A stretch of 64,000 nt of DNA from Candidatus Kapaibacterium sp. (GTDB lineage Bacteria; Bacteroidota; Ignavibacteria; Kapaibacteriales; UBA2268), in NCBI GenBank assembly GCA_028376765.1, contig JAONBD010000002.1, forward strand, positions 9,930 to 73,929, written 5' to 3'. Below, one piece after another: positions 10,926 to 20,416 of the stretch. Both the position numbers and the translations under genes were made by a program. Under the pieces are notes generated by a model. That model ran no database searches, was not told the origin of the DNA, and saw nothing but the letters and a program-made list of their open reading frames with translations. Numbering within the stretch: position 1 is the first letter of the stretch; each line of letters starts with the position of its first letter.

Positions 10926-11078
10926 ATTATTTAGTTATTTTGTGAAAGATAGCATTTAGACACATAGTTATCTTAATTAGTTACAATTGAGACAAATAAA
11001 TTCCATATTTATTTTAAACCTTCTAGGCTTTAATGTTTCTAACTTATACATCAAATATTTAATTTATAGGTAAAGATT

Positions 11079-12464
11079 ATGAAGAAATTTATAATACTAG
11101 CATTTTTTTCCTTTTTAAGTTACTCCTTGTTTTCCATTGTTGAAAATGACGGAATAATTGATTTAGAAAACCTCCCTAATTACGAAGATCAAGATATTCC
11201 TCTTTATATCCGTAAAGATAATACTCCTAATAACAATATGATTACTAATATTGGAGCTACCTTAGGCAGGGTATTATTCTATGATAAGAATTTGTCAGTT
11301 GATAATACAGTTGCTTGTGCTTCATGCCACAACCAACAGGATGCATTTGCCGATAAAGAAATTGCAAGCGAAGGTGTTGCAGGAACTACTGGTCGTCATT
11401 CAATGAGACTAATAAATTCAAGATTTTCAGATGAAGAAAATTTCTTTTGGGACGAGAGAGCGAGCTCACTTGAAGAGCAAACAAGCCAACCAATTCAAGA
11501 CCATATTGAAATGGGCTTTAGTGGTAGTGATGGAGATCCTAACTTAGATAGCTTAATTAGTAAGTTAGAACAATTAGAATATTATCAAACTTTATTTACA
11601 GAGGCCTATGGTAATTCAACTATTACAGAAAGTAGAATTCAAAATGCTCTTTCACAATTTGTAAGAAGCATTATTAGTTTTGATTCAAAATATGATGATA
11701 ATAGAATTTTAGTAGCTAACGATAACTTAAACTTTCCTAACTACACTCAAAGTGAAAATATGGGAAGAATGCTCTTTATGATACCTCCACAATTCAACCA
11801 AAATGGTGAGCATGTAAGTGGTGGATTTGGATGTGCTGGTTGTCACACTCCTCCCGAATTTGATATTGATCCTAGATCAAGAAACAATGGGGTAATCGAA
11901 TCCTTTACTGAAGAACCTGATTTTGATGTAACAAGATCGCCAAGCTTAAGGGATATATTTAATAATAATGGTGAATTAAACTCTCCACTAATGCACACTG
12001 GTATATCAATGGATGCTTCATTAGAAAATTATAATGATGTAAGTTCTGAAATAAACAATCCAAATCTAGATAACAGGTTAAGACCACAAGGCAATCCACA
12101 GAAATTAAATATGACAGAAGATCAAAAAAATGACATTATTAGTTTTTTAAAAACTTTATCTGGAAATGATGTATATACAAATCCTATATGGTCGGACCCA
12201 TTTGATTTAAACGGTGAATTAATTGTTACAAGGGGGACAAATTCTGTAAATAACGATGAGCTTTTTGAAATTTATCCTAACCCAGCTGATACATATATAA
12301 ATATAACTAGTGAATCTTATCTAGATCAGGTCATTATTTATAACGCAATGGGAAAAATATTCTTTAAAGGCAAAGCTAATGGTAGAGTTGATATTTCTAA
12401 ATTAAATACTGGAAAATATTTTATCAAAACTAAGATTGGAACCAAATCCTTTGTCAAATATTAA
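11079..12464 (+). CDS. Di-haem cytochrome c peroxidase / MauG-family protein fused to a T9SS C-terminal sorting domain
   Basis: Two CxxCH motifs (CASCH, CAGCH) with CCP-like context. C-terminus IYPNPADTYINITSE...IIYNAMGKIFF...GKYFIKT. Confidence 0.75.
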   Translation: MKKFIILAFFSFLSYSLFSIVENDGIIDLENLPNYEDQDIPLYIRKDNTPNNNMITNIGATLGRVLFYDKNLSVDNTVACASCHNQQDAFADKEIASEGVAGTTGRHSMRLINSRFSDEENFFWDERASSLEEQTSQPIQDHIEMGFSGSDGDPNLDSLISKLEQLEYYQTLFTEAYGNSTITESRIQNALSQFVRSIISFDSKYDDNRILVANDNLNFPNYTQSENMGRMLFMIPPQFNQNGEHVSGGFGCAGCHTPPEFDIDPRSRNNGVIESFTEEPDFDVTRSPSLRDIFNNNGELNSPLMHTGISMDASLENYNDVSSEINNPNLDNRLRPQGNPQKLNMTEDQKNDIISFLKTLSGNDVYTNPIWSDPFDLNGELIVTRGTNSVNNDELFEIYPNPADTYINITSESYLDQVIIYNAMGKIFFKGKANGRVDISKLNTGKYFIKTKIGTKSFVKY

Positions 12465-14185
12465 TTTATGACACTTTCAATAGAAATTTTTACTCTCCTA
12501 TTGAAATCATAAGTTGTTCCTTTATAGGGGTCAACGCCAAGACCCCGAATTTCCCAAACAAATCTGAAAGATACTGAGCTATAATTTGGATTTTTCTTTA
12601 ACTCGTTTTCAAAATATTTTGCTGTATAATAAGCCCTTAACTTTGATAATAATTTATTATCAAGCGATATTCCATTAGGAGCATTAAAATTAAAATACTT
12701 ATCATTTATTGTAGGCCCAAAGTATTTTGAATTTTTGGCGAGTGGTCTAGGGTCAGAAAAACCAACTACTTGTACTTTCACAATCTCTTGAGAATTAGAA
12801 CATTCACTTGCAAGATTATCAACTTTAGTTTGCAAAAAGTCTAATGCTTTAGATAAAGCCTCATCTACTTTAAGTGATGATTCATCATATTCATTTTTTG
12901 GATTCTCTACAAAGGAAACTGAATCAGCATCCATTTGATTATATTTAAACTTCAATTTCAAATTTTCTAGATTTTTGCTAGTGTTTGGAATGAAGTAGCC
13001 ACCTACAAAAAAGGGAATATTATATTCTTCAAAGCTAAAATTTCCTATTTGTGGCTCTGGGATACTAATATCTAAATTATATTCATATTCATATTCTTCA
13101 TCGCATGGGATTGTAAAATTTTCTTTGATTATTCCATTGCTTAAACACTTTGAAGTAAATTCAAAATAATAGTTGCCGGGTGTAAGGTCAAGTGATGTTC
13201 CATTATCATCAATCTGTAATACACTAATTAGTCGATCTTCCGAGTAGATTTCTAGCTTACCTACTGGTTTATAGTTTGAATTAATTGATGAAATATTTAG
13301 GATAACCTTACCTGTTCTACATCTCTGAAAATTAAATAAATCATAATTGCCACATCCACCAGCACGGTTTGAAGAAATATAGATTTCTCTATCATCAAAA
13401 TCAAAGCCTTGTTCATCGTACTCAGTATTAAATGGATAAGGTAGCAATTGACCATAAGACCAGTAATTATACCCCTTTTTTTCTGCTTTGATTAAATCAT
13501 AATTATTTAGGTCTGTGTACCCATTTGATACAAAATATAAATCTCCTTCAGGGCTAATATTTGGATAAAGTTCATCGTATTTAGAATTAATATTATCAGA
13601 CATAAGAATAGGCGGATTCCATTTGCCATCTGTATTTGTTGTTAAATAAATATCTGAACCTGTTAAGTCATAATTACTATCTGAAACATAAACTAATGTT
13701 TTGCCATCATTACTTATTTTAGGCATTGATTCATTGAAATCTGAATTAATTTCATTTAAAGCAGTAGGATAGTTAAATTTAAATTCATTCCCATAGGCGA
13801 AATAAATATCTTTATTCTTATTATTTTGGACTGTATTAATAGCAGAAAAATAAACTTCTAAAAAGCCAGTTTCAAGGTTATTATAATAACTTGGTGTACC
13901 AATAATTTTTAAATCTGGAAAATCTAACTCTGTAATCTTTACTAGTTTATTATCTTCACTCAGTGGGTTAGATAATTTTAGTATTTCTGAATAGTTATCA
14001 TCATCAAGATATTCTTGTGTAAAATAAAGATTTCCATTAAAAAAGATTGGATCTATTTCTGAATGTTGGGAATTTACATTTATACTTCCATCAAGAGTTT
14101 CTTCAGGACAACCGTTCATGTTTGTCCTAGTAGAGCAAGCTGATAAGGTAATGGTTATTATTATACTTAATATATATTTTTTCAT
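12461..14185 (-). CDS. Lipoprotein with TolB/PD40-like repeats, CarboxypepD_reg-like beta-sandwich and OmpA_C-like peptidoglycan-binding domain (PorE-like architecture)
   Basis: Lipobox LSAC. PD40-like repeats (NESMPKISNDGKTLVYVSD, DELYPNISPEGDLYFVSN). Segment GKVILNIS...LTPGNYYFEF. C-terminus VVGFSDPRP...LSKLRAYY...NRRVKISI. Confidence 0.5.
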   Translation of the reverse strand: MKKYILSIIITITLSACSTRTNMNGCPEETLDGSINVNSQHSEIDPIFFNGNLYFTQEYLDDDNYSEILKLSNPLSEDNKLVKITELDFPDLKIIGTPSYYNNLETGFLEVYFSAINTVQNNKNKDIYFAYGNEFKFNYPTALNEINSDFNESMPKISNDGKTLVYVSDSNYDLTGSDIYLTTNTDGKWNPPILMSDNINSKYDELYPNISPEGDLYFVSNGYTDLNNYDLIKAEKKGYNYWSYGQLLPYPFNTEYDEQGFDFDDREIYISSNRAGGCGNYDLFNFQRCRTGKVILNISSINSNYKPVGKLEIYSEDRLISVLQIDDNGTSLDLTPGNYYFEFTSKCLSNGIIKENFTIPCDEEYEYEYNLDISIPEPQIGNFSFEEYNIPFFVGGYFIPNTSKNLENLKLKFKYNQMDADSVSFVENPKNEYDESSLKVDEALSKALDFLQTKVDNLASECSNSQEIVKVQVVGFSDPRPLAKNSKYFGPTINDKYFNFNAPNGISLDNKLLSKLRAYYTAKYFENELKKNPNYSSVSFRFVWEIRGLGVDPYKGTTYDFNRRVKISIESVIN

Positions 14186-14265
14186 TAATTTTCTTGATTT
14201 TTGGTATTAAATCTGTACATTTATACTCTATACTAATATCGGTAATTTCACTTAAAACCTTAATT

Positions 14266-15381
14266 ATGAGAGATTCACAAATTCTAATTTCTAAATCTAA
14301 TGTTATCGATAATTATAACATTATCAAAAAACATGCTAATAATATGGAAATAGCTCCTGTTATCAAAGCTAATGCATATGGGCATGGTGCAAACCTTCTA
14401 TCTGGAATTTATCAAGAGCTTAATTGTAGAATGGTAATTGTCGCTTACCTTGAAGAGGCAATAGAAATTAGAAATTCTGGTTATACCAATGATATTATGT
14501 TACTTACACCACCTTTAAATTATGATATTAAAGATATTATTAATTGTAATCTTGAAACAACAATTGCCGAGGAAGAAACAGCTTTTCTATTAAATGAACA
14601 TGCAAAAGCTTTAAATAAAACTGTTAAAGTACATATCTTTTTAAATTCTGGTATGAATAGAGAAGGCAAAAGACCTGAAGATATACTAAAATTTACTAAA
14701 TATTTATCAACCCTTAAATATTTAAAAATCGAAGGATTGATTTCTCACTTTGCGGCATCTGATGTTGTTGATAATATGTTTAATACATATCAAATAAATC
14801 AATTTAAAAAATCTCTATTTCTGTTAAAATCTAATGGCTTTAATATTCCTAAAATTCACATTCATAATTCCTCATCTTTATTTAATTATCCTGATAGTGA
14901 GGAACAAACAGTATTTAATTTATACAGAGCTGGTATTACCAGTTATGGGCTGCTTAGTAATTCAACTTTGGCAGAAAGTGTTGGTTTAAAGCCAGTCTTA
15001 ACATTAAAATCAAATGTACATCATATGATAGAAATAAGAAAGGGTGAAACTTGCGGTTATAATTTCAATTTTCATGCTAATTCAGATGGATATTTAGCTA
15101 TCATACCAATTGGGTATGCAGATGGATTATCAAGAAATCTATCTAACAAAATGAGAGTTATCATAAATGACAAATACTATAAAGTTGCAGGATATATAAG
15201 TATGGATTTGATAATTATTGATGTTGGAGTAGACCCAGTCAAACTAGGTGATGAAGTTATTTTTATAGGTAAGTCAAACAGCAAAGAAATTACCGTTTAC
15301 GAATTGGCAGAATATCAAGGTACTATTCCTTATGAAATTACAACATCATTAAGCCACAGACTACCCAGAATATTAGTTTAA
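14266..15381 (+). CDS. alr: Alanine racemase
   Basis: PLP-lysine motif APVIKANAYGHGA, plus YRAGITSYGL. Start taken at the internal ATG 14266 (MRDSQ...) rather than the upstream TTG-type start at 14194. Confidence 0.85.
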   Translation: MRDSQILISKSNVIDNYNIIKKHANNMEIAPVIKANAYGHGANLLSGIYQELNCRMVIVAYLEEAIEIRNSGYTNDIMLLTPPLNYDIKDIINCNLETTIAEEETAFLLNEHAKALNKTVKVHIFLNSGMNREGKRPEDILKFTKYLSTLKYLKIEGLISHFAASDVVDNMFNTYQINQFKKSLFLLKSNGFNIPKIHIHNSSSLFNYPDSEEQTVFNLYRAGITSYGLLSNSTLAESVGLKPVLTLKSNVHHMIEIRKGETCGYNFNFHANSDGYLAIIPIGYADGLSRNLSNKMRVIINDKYYKVAGYISMDLIIIDVGVDPVKLGDEVIFIGKSNSKEITVYELAEYQGTIPYEITTSLSHRLPRILV

Positions 15382-15403
15382 AAACATTCATTTTAATTAA
15401 AAT

Positions 15404-15438
15404 AAAAAAAGCTCCAAGTATAAACTTGGAGCTTTTTT
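15404..15438. terminator. Bidirectional intrinsic terminator
   Basis: A7, then AGCTCCAAGT-ATAA-ACTTGGAGCT (perfect 10-bp stem), then T6. Lies between convergent alr and the 1631-aa gene. Confidence 0.85.
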
Positions 15439-15462
15439 AGATTGTTGTAATAGAAGAATCTA

Positions 15463-18400
15463 TTATTTAACTAAGTAATTAATTTTGTTACTAATTACGC
15501 CGTTAGAAGTAGAAACTCTATAAATGTAAGTACCTTGAGCAACTTTATTACCTGTTTGGTTTCTACCATCCCAATCAAGACTAATAGGGCCTTGAGCAGT
15601 CTGAGCATTTAATAAAGTAGCAACTGCATTACCATAAAGATCTAATATCTCAACAGTAACGAAATCGTTTTCAGGGTTGTGAATAGTAAATTTAGTTGAT
15701 TCAGTAAATGGATTAGGATATGCTTCTGTTGTTACAGATAAATCCATGTTTTGTGTCCATTCCAAAGTAACAATACCTGAAGAATGACAATCAAAACTAC
15801 CATCAATATCAACTTGTCTTAATCTGTAGTCGTATGCAACATTAGGATTAACATCAGAATCTAAGTAATCATACTGAGTTGTACCTGCATAAGAACCAAC
15901 ACCTCTACCTTCAACAAAATTAGGAAGTTTAACCCAACTTTGCTCACCAGTTTCTGAGTGTAATTTTCTTTCAATATAAAATCCTTTACTATCAGTTTCT
16001 GATTTTGTTTCCCAATATAGTTCATTACCAGTTGAAATTGGGTTACCATTAAAGTAAGCTAATTCAACAGGGACTATTATACACTCTTGATATTCAGGAT
16101 TAGTTCCAAATTCTTTTTCACCAAAGTAAGGTCTTAAAAGTGGAATCCAGAATCCTCTTGACATTGTAAATGTATAGTTATCTACAGGAGATCTACCTAC
16201 GTGGTGAAGGTGAGCATAACCAGGATTACCAACAGTTGGCATAAATTGATTCCACTGATTTGAACCTTTAGAGTTCTCAAAAGCAAATAAGTTATCATTT
16301 ACATATCTATCGCCTGTAGCGTTTAAGGTTCTAAAGTCTTTATGAATATTTAAGTGAATACCAGATGCTCCAGGAGGATCAGGGAACTGTAAATATACAT
16401 TAGTAATTCTCATACCACCTCTTGCTTTCGAAGCTGCAAGTTCTAAACCTGTTTCACCAAGTTGAGCAAGAGCAATCCAGTAGCTACCAGGTTGTAATAC
16501 TATTCCATTACCATTAGGAATTCTGTAGTCAACATATTCGTCAAAAGATACAAGTGGCTCACCATTAGCATCAACTTCTATATCACTTTGACCTCTTAAT
16601 CTTACAAGGTTTCCTTCTGCAATTAATTGACCAGGAGTATTATCTCCACTAAATAATGAGAATTGAATATCATCTCTTGCTTGATTCAATGTACCAAAGA
16701 ATGCTTTGTAACCATAAAGTGTATCAGCATTTGTAAGAACAAATTTCATTGCAACTTGACCTGATCCAGATCCACCAGTTACACCAGCTGCATTCTGAAC
16801 GTTATCGTAAGCGTAAGCAAAATTCCCACCACTTGCTGATCCAAAGAAGTTTAACCCTCTTCCTAATGGTTTATTCAACTCACCAGAAACATCATTAGTT
16901 GGGTTGCCAATTGGATCGTATGCAAAGTCATCACCAAATTCAACAGACCAGTCGTAATAAGTAGTATCATTTCTACTATCCTTATCAGAATCTCCTGGCA
17001 ATTGTACTATAGCTCTTAGTCTATAAGCACCTGGACCAGCATCTTTAGCATTGAATGATGGCATTGAAAATGGAATTGATACTCTTGGATTATGTGTAGA
17101 TACTTGAGATATACGACAGTAAATCGGTTTTGAATCAAAGCCGTTACCTTGACCTTTGAAAATTTCAAGTTTTATCAAATATGAAGGTGCAATTGTTGAA
17201 GTGTTATTTGTTACCTTAACTTCAACTGGAACAGCTGTAGCTTGAGTTGCAGGAACTCTAGTGTAAGGCCATTTTACTTTAACTGCAGATACTTCAATAT
17301 CTGTTGCTTCAATATCTTCAAATAAGATTTTTACGTTATCAACATAGAAATCATCATCATCATCAGGAATAGAAGGGATTACTGGCTTTTGATCATTGTT
17401 AGCCATTACTCTTACTCTGAATCTAAAGTTTTCAGCAACTTCATTAGGGAAGTTAACAAAGGTATCAGGGATAGAAACAAAGAATTTTTGGTATTCTTCA
17501 TCAATACCATCGTCATATCTATTAGGTCTAAGACCATTGTAATCAGCACCAGTATTCATAGCTAATGATGAATCAGGATCTGACTCCAAGAAACCAACTC
17601 TGTAACCACCAGCACCATATAAACCTAGAGCAGGCATATTAGTTTCAGTGTCAGCACCGTCTCTTCTAAAGTGAGTTCTCCATTGTTTGTCATCAATATT
17701 AGTTACATGGAATAGTTTTTCATTAGGATCTAATACGAAGTTATTAGCCAATTCAACAACAATTTCATCTGGTCTTTGTGAAGCAGATCTTCCATCAGTA
17801 TAAGGGTTTAAGTCGTTACCGTTTAATAGAACTCTTGGCTCAGGACCAACCATTCTAGCATCAGACCATCCTCTTTCCCAATCATCAACATAAGTAGTTC
17901 TTTGAACTGAAATTGAAAGTACAGAGTTTTCTCTACCTCTCATATCAATAGGGAATGATCTTATTTCATCACCACCAGGATTAGTAGCTGGCTCTCCACC
18001 ACCTAATGTTAATCTGTTCATTTTAATTACAGGTGATTGAATTGTATAAGCTTTTGCTTGATCAATTTTGTCAGGCAACCATGATTTTTCAATTGGTTCT
18101 TCAACAAATTGTGCGTTAAATGTACCTCTTGGCGGTAATGGGTGCTTAGAAACTTGCTCACCATTTGCCATTTGTGCATCAATATTTACCCATTTCCATA
18201 CTGAAGGCATTGGAACACCATCAATTAAGTGGAATTCAGTACCATCATCATAAAATGAGTTTAGTCTTCTTAATACAAATAAGTTTACGCTAGTTGTATC
18301 ATCAAATGGCCATTCATCACCAAATGAATCTCCTTCAGGAGTCTGAGGAACAGCAATTACGAATGCTTTCAATCTACCAATGTGATCATCAACAAATTCT

Positions 18401-20358
18401 GATGGCTCAAATGGAGGGAAATTAACTTTCACAAAACCATAAGAAGGAACACCATTTAAAGGGTCACCAGAAGTAGTATTAGTACCATCACCTGGGAATT
18501 GGAATTGTGCAGCTGGATCGTCATCAGTTGAAATATATTCTGTAGCAGTATAATCACCACCATCAAGTTCAACTTCAACAAGTCTAATTCTTACATCTGG
18601 ATCACCAGAACATTCAATTAAATCAGCTTCAGGTAAAGATAAACAAATTTCATCTATTACAGTTAATTTTTGAAATACTGTTCTTCCAGAAGCTTGATTT
18701 TTGATTGAAAATCTTGCTCTAAATTCTAAATCTTGCTTAACAAAATTTTGACCTCTAGAACCTTGGATATCATTTGATAAGTTTTGAATAAGAGCAACTG
18801 GTTGAATTGCACCAATTCTTTCCTCTCCAGCAAGTAATTCATAGTTATTCACTTCAGTTGTTTTCACATCTTGAGAAAAACTTAAATCTGGGAAAGGTGT
18901 GATTAATGGGTTTCTAACTCTATACTGAATATCAGCTACTCTTAATGTATTTTGCCATTGCTTATATTTAACAGCAAGCTGAGTTCTTGGATAAGGACGA
19001 CCTGGACGTGAATCAGCAGGAGCTCCTCTTATCCAGTGGTGAGTATATTGTTGGTATTCAGGAGTTGCATCCTCAGAAGCAGGTTTTCTGTTAAAGTTAT
19101 CATGTCTTGCATAACCACTTACACCAGCAGTAGTATTATATCTGAAAGCAGATACTGCATCTGTCTGGCAAAATCCAACTTGCACATTACCCAAAAATTG
19201 GAAATAAATAATTGTTACTGAACTATCTGTATTACTTAAAATAATCTGAGAAGTTGCAGATGTATAGTTTTGATTACCAAATCTTAAATCAGCTGTAGCT
19301 GTTGTTTGTCCAAGGTCACTATTATAAGGTCCACAAGGTGAAGCTAATCTAGTTCCGTTACCACCATTACCAGCTTTTGGTGCCATATTAAAGATTGAGA
19401 TGTATAATTTTTGTGCATCATCAGATCTTCTGTACATTACCTTACCATGAGGATCGATAAATCCACCTGATCTAGCATATTGTGATAAGTGCATATCTCC
19501 AAAAAATGGAGCAATTACAGCAGCACGGTAAGCAGCTGATACTGAATTTAAAGTACCGCCTCTTTGTCTAATACCAGCAGTAGCATTATTAGGATTATTA
19601 GCTAAAACAGCATATCTGTAACCATAATCATCAGGAGTTGCATCATTAAGACCATCTCCACTTCTTTGTCTTCCTACTTGATTTACTTGATACCAATCCA
19701 TAGATTCTCTATCATAAGCATCTCCAGTTTTAGTATCTACTCTTCTGTTTCCATCAGCAGCATAAATGTATCTTCTGTTAGTTAAAGCAATTAAACCATT
19801 AGTAGATACATAAAATGAATCATATCTGATACCATTAAATCTAAATCCACCAGGTAAACCGAGTCTCATTGGACCAGCAATTGCATCATCAGTTGAATCA
19901 ATTACTGCATTTGGATCAGGATCAAAAACATCACCGCCGTTTGAAGCAGGGTTTCTAAAGAACCAATATCCACCTTCAGTATTTTGTAATGGATCATCCC
20001 AATACTCTTTGTCCTTTAATCTTGGACCTTGAGTTATTGTAATCCATTTGTCGTCAATAACACCATTAGATTCTGTTGCTAAGTAATCAGAAGCTTTTGG
20101 TCTCCAAAAATCGTTAACTAAACTTTCATTAGTAACGAAGTAATAACCAGTCGATATTGCTGGTTCGTCGTGATCCCAACGAACATTTAATGTTCCTTCG
20201 AAATCAGCTTGCAACTCCTGAAACGGAGCTGGTACAGTCCCCATCGGGATACAGCTTTTTGCCTTTATCATACATTCTACAAACTCTTGATTCTGCGAAT
20301 AGAGTTTTCCAGAAAGTAGGATACCTGCAATTATTAATAGAGGTATAAACCTTCTCAT
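15463..20358 (-). CDS. Giant (1631 aa) secreted surface protein with T9SS C-terminal sorting domain
   Basis: Signal peptide MRRFIPLLIIAGILLSGKLYSQ and SD AGGAGA 5 nt upstream of the ATG. A W-E-T..GF.IERK...YDYRLRQVDIDGS module precedes the CTD AYPNPFTESTKFTI...VEILDLYGNAV...GTYIYRV. Confidence 0.7.
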   Translation of the reverse strand: MRRFIPLLIIAGILLSGKLYSQNQEFVECMIKAKSCIPMGTVPAPFQELQADFEGTLNVRWDHDEPAISTGYYFVTNESLVNDFWRPKASDYLATESNGVIDDKWITITQGPRLKDKEYWDDPLQNTEGGYWFFRNPASNGGDVFDPDPNAVIDSTDDAIAGPMRLGLPGGFRFNGIRYDSFYVSTNGLIALTNRRYIYAADGNRRVDTKTGDAYDRESMDWYQVNQVGRQRSGDGLNDATPDDYGYRYAVLANNPNNATAGIRQRGGTLNSVSAAYRAAVIAPFFGDMHLSQYARSGGFIDPHGKVMYRRSDDAQKLYISIFNMAPKAGNGGNGTRLASPCGPYNSDLGQTTATADLRFGNQNYTSATSQIILSNTDSSVTIIYFQFLGNVQVGFCQTDAVSAFRYNTTAGVSGYARHDNFNRKPASEDATPEYQQYTHHWIRGAPADSRPGRPYPRTQLAVKYKQWQNTLRVADIQYRVRNPLITPFPDLSFSQDVKTTEVNNYELLAGEERIGAIQPVALIQNLSNDIQGSRGQNFVKQDLEFRARFSIKNQASGRTVFQKLTVIDEICLSLPEADLIECSGDPDVRIRLVEVELDGGDYTATEYISTDDDPAAQFQFPGDGTNTTSGDPLNGVPSYGFVKVNFPPFEPSEFVDDHIGRLKAFVIAVPQTPEGDSFGDEWPFDDTTSVNLFVLRRLNSFYDDGTEFHLIDGVPMPSVWKWVNIDAQMANGEQVSKHPLPPRGTFNAQFVEEPIEKSWLPDKIDQAKAYTIQSPVIKMNRLTLGGGEPATNPGGDEIRSFPIDMRGRENSVLSISVQRTTYVDDWERGWSDARMVGPEPRVLLNGNDLNPYTDGRSASQRPDEIVVELANNFVLDPNEKLFHVTNIDDKQWRTHFRRDGADTETNMPALGLYGAGGYRVGFLESDPDSSLAMNTGADYNGLRPNRYDDGIDEEYQKFFVSIPDTFVNFPNEVAENFRFRVRVMANNDQKPVIPSIPDDDDDFYVDNVKILFEDIEATDIEVSAVKVKWPYTRVPATQATAVPVEVKVTNNTSTIAPSYLIKLEIFKGQGNGFDSKPIYCRISQVSTHNPRVSIPFSMPSFNAKDAGPGAYRLRAIVQLPGDSDKDSRNDTTYYDWSVEFGDDFAYDPIGNPTNDVSGELNKPLGRGLNFFGSASGGNFAYAYDNVQNAAGVTGGSGSGQVAMKFVLTNADTLYGYKAFFGTLNQARDDIQFSLFSGDNTPGQLIAEGNLVRLRGQSDIEVDANGEPLVSFDEYVDYRIPNGNGIVLQPGSYWIALAQLGETGLELAASKARGGMRITNVYLQFPDPPGASGIHLNIHKDFRTLNATGDRYVNDNLFAFENSKGSNQWNQFMPTVGNPGYAHLHHVGRSPVDNYTFTMSRGFWIPLLRPYFGEKEFGTNPEYQECIIVPVELAYFNGNPISTGNELYWETKSETDSKGFYIERKLHSETGEQSWVKLPNFVEGRGVGSYAGTTQYDYLDSDVNPNVAYDYRLRQVDIDGSFDCHSSGIVTLEWTQNMDLSVTTEAYPNPFTESTKFTIHNPENDFVTVEILDLYGNAVATLLNAQTAQGPISLDWDGRNQTGNKVAQGTYIYRVSTSNGVISNKINYLVK

Positions 20359-20416
20359 AAGGCTCTCCTATAATTAGTTAAAAAAATTAGTTTTGTATTA
20401 GTTGTATTCTTCATAT

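Noticed and set aside
14194-14265. An upstream extension of the alanine racemase ORF.
   Set aside because: The extension is hydrophobic junk that nearly abuts the divergent gene (8 nt away). Alr homologues begin close to the ATG at 14266.
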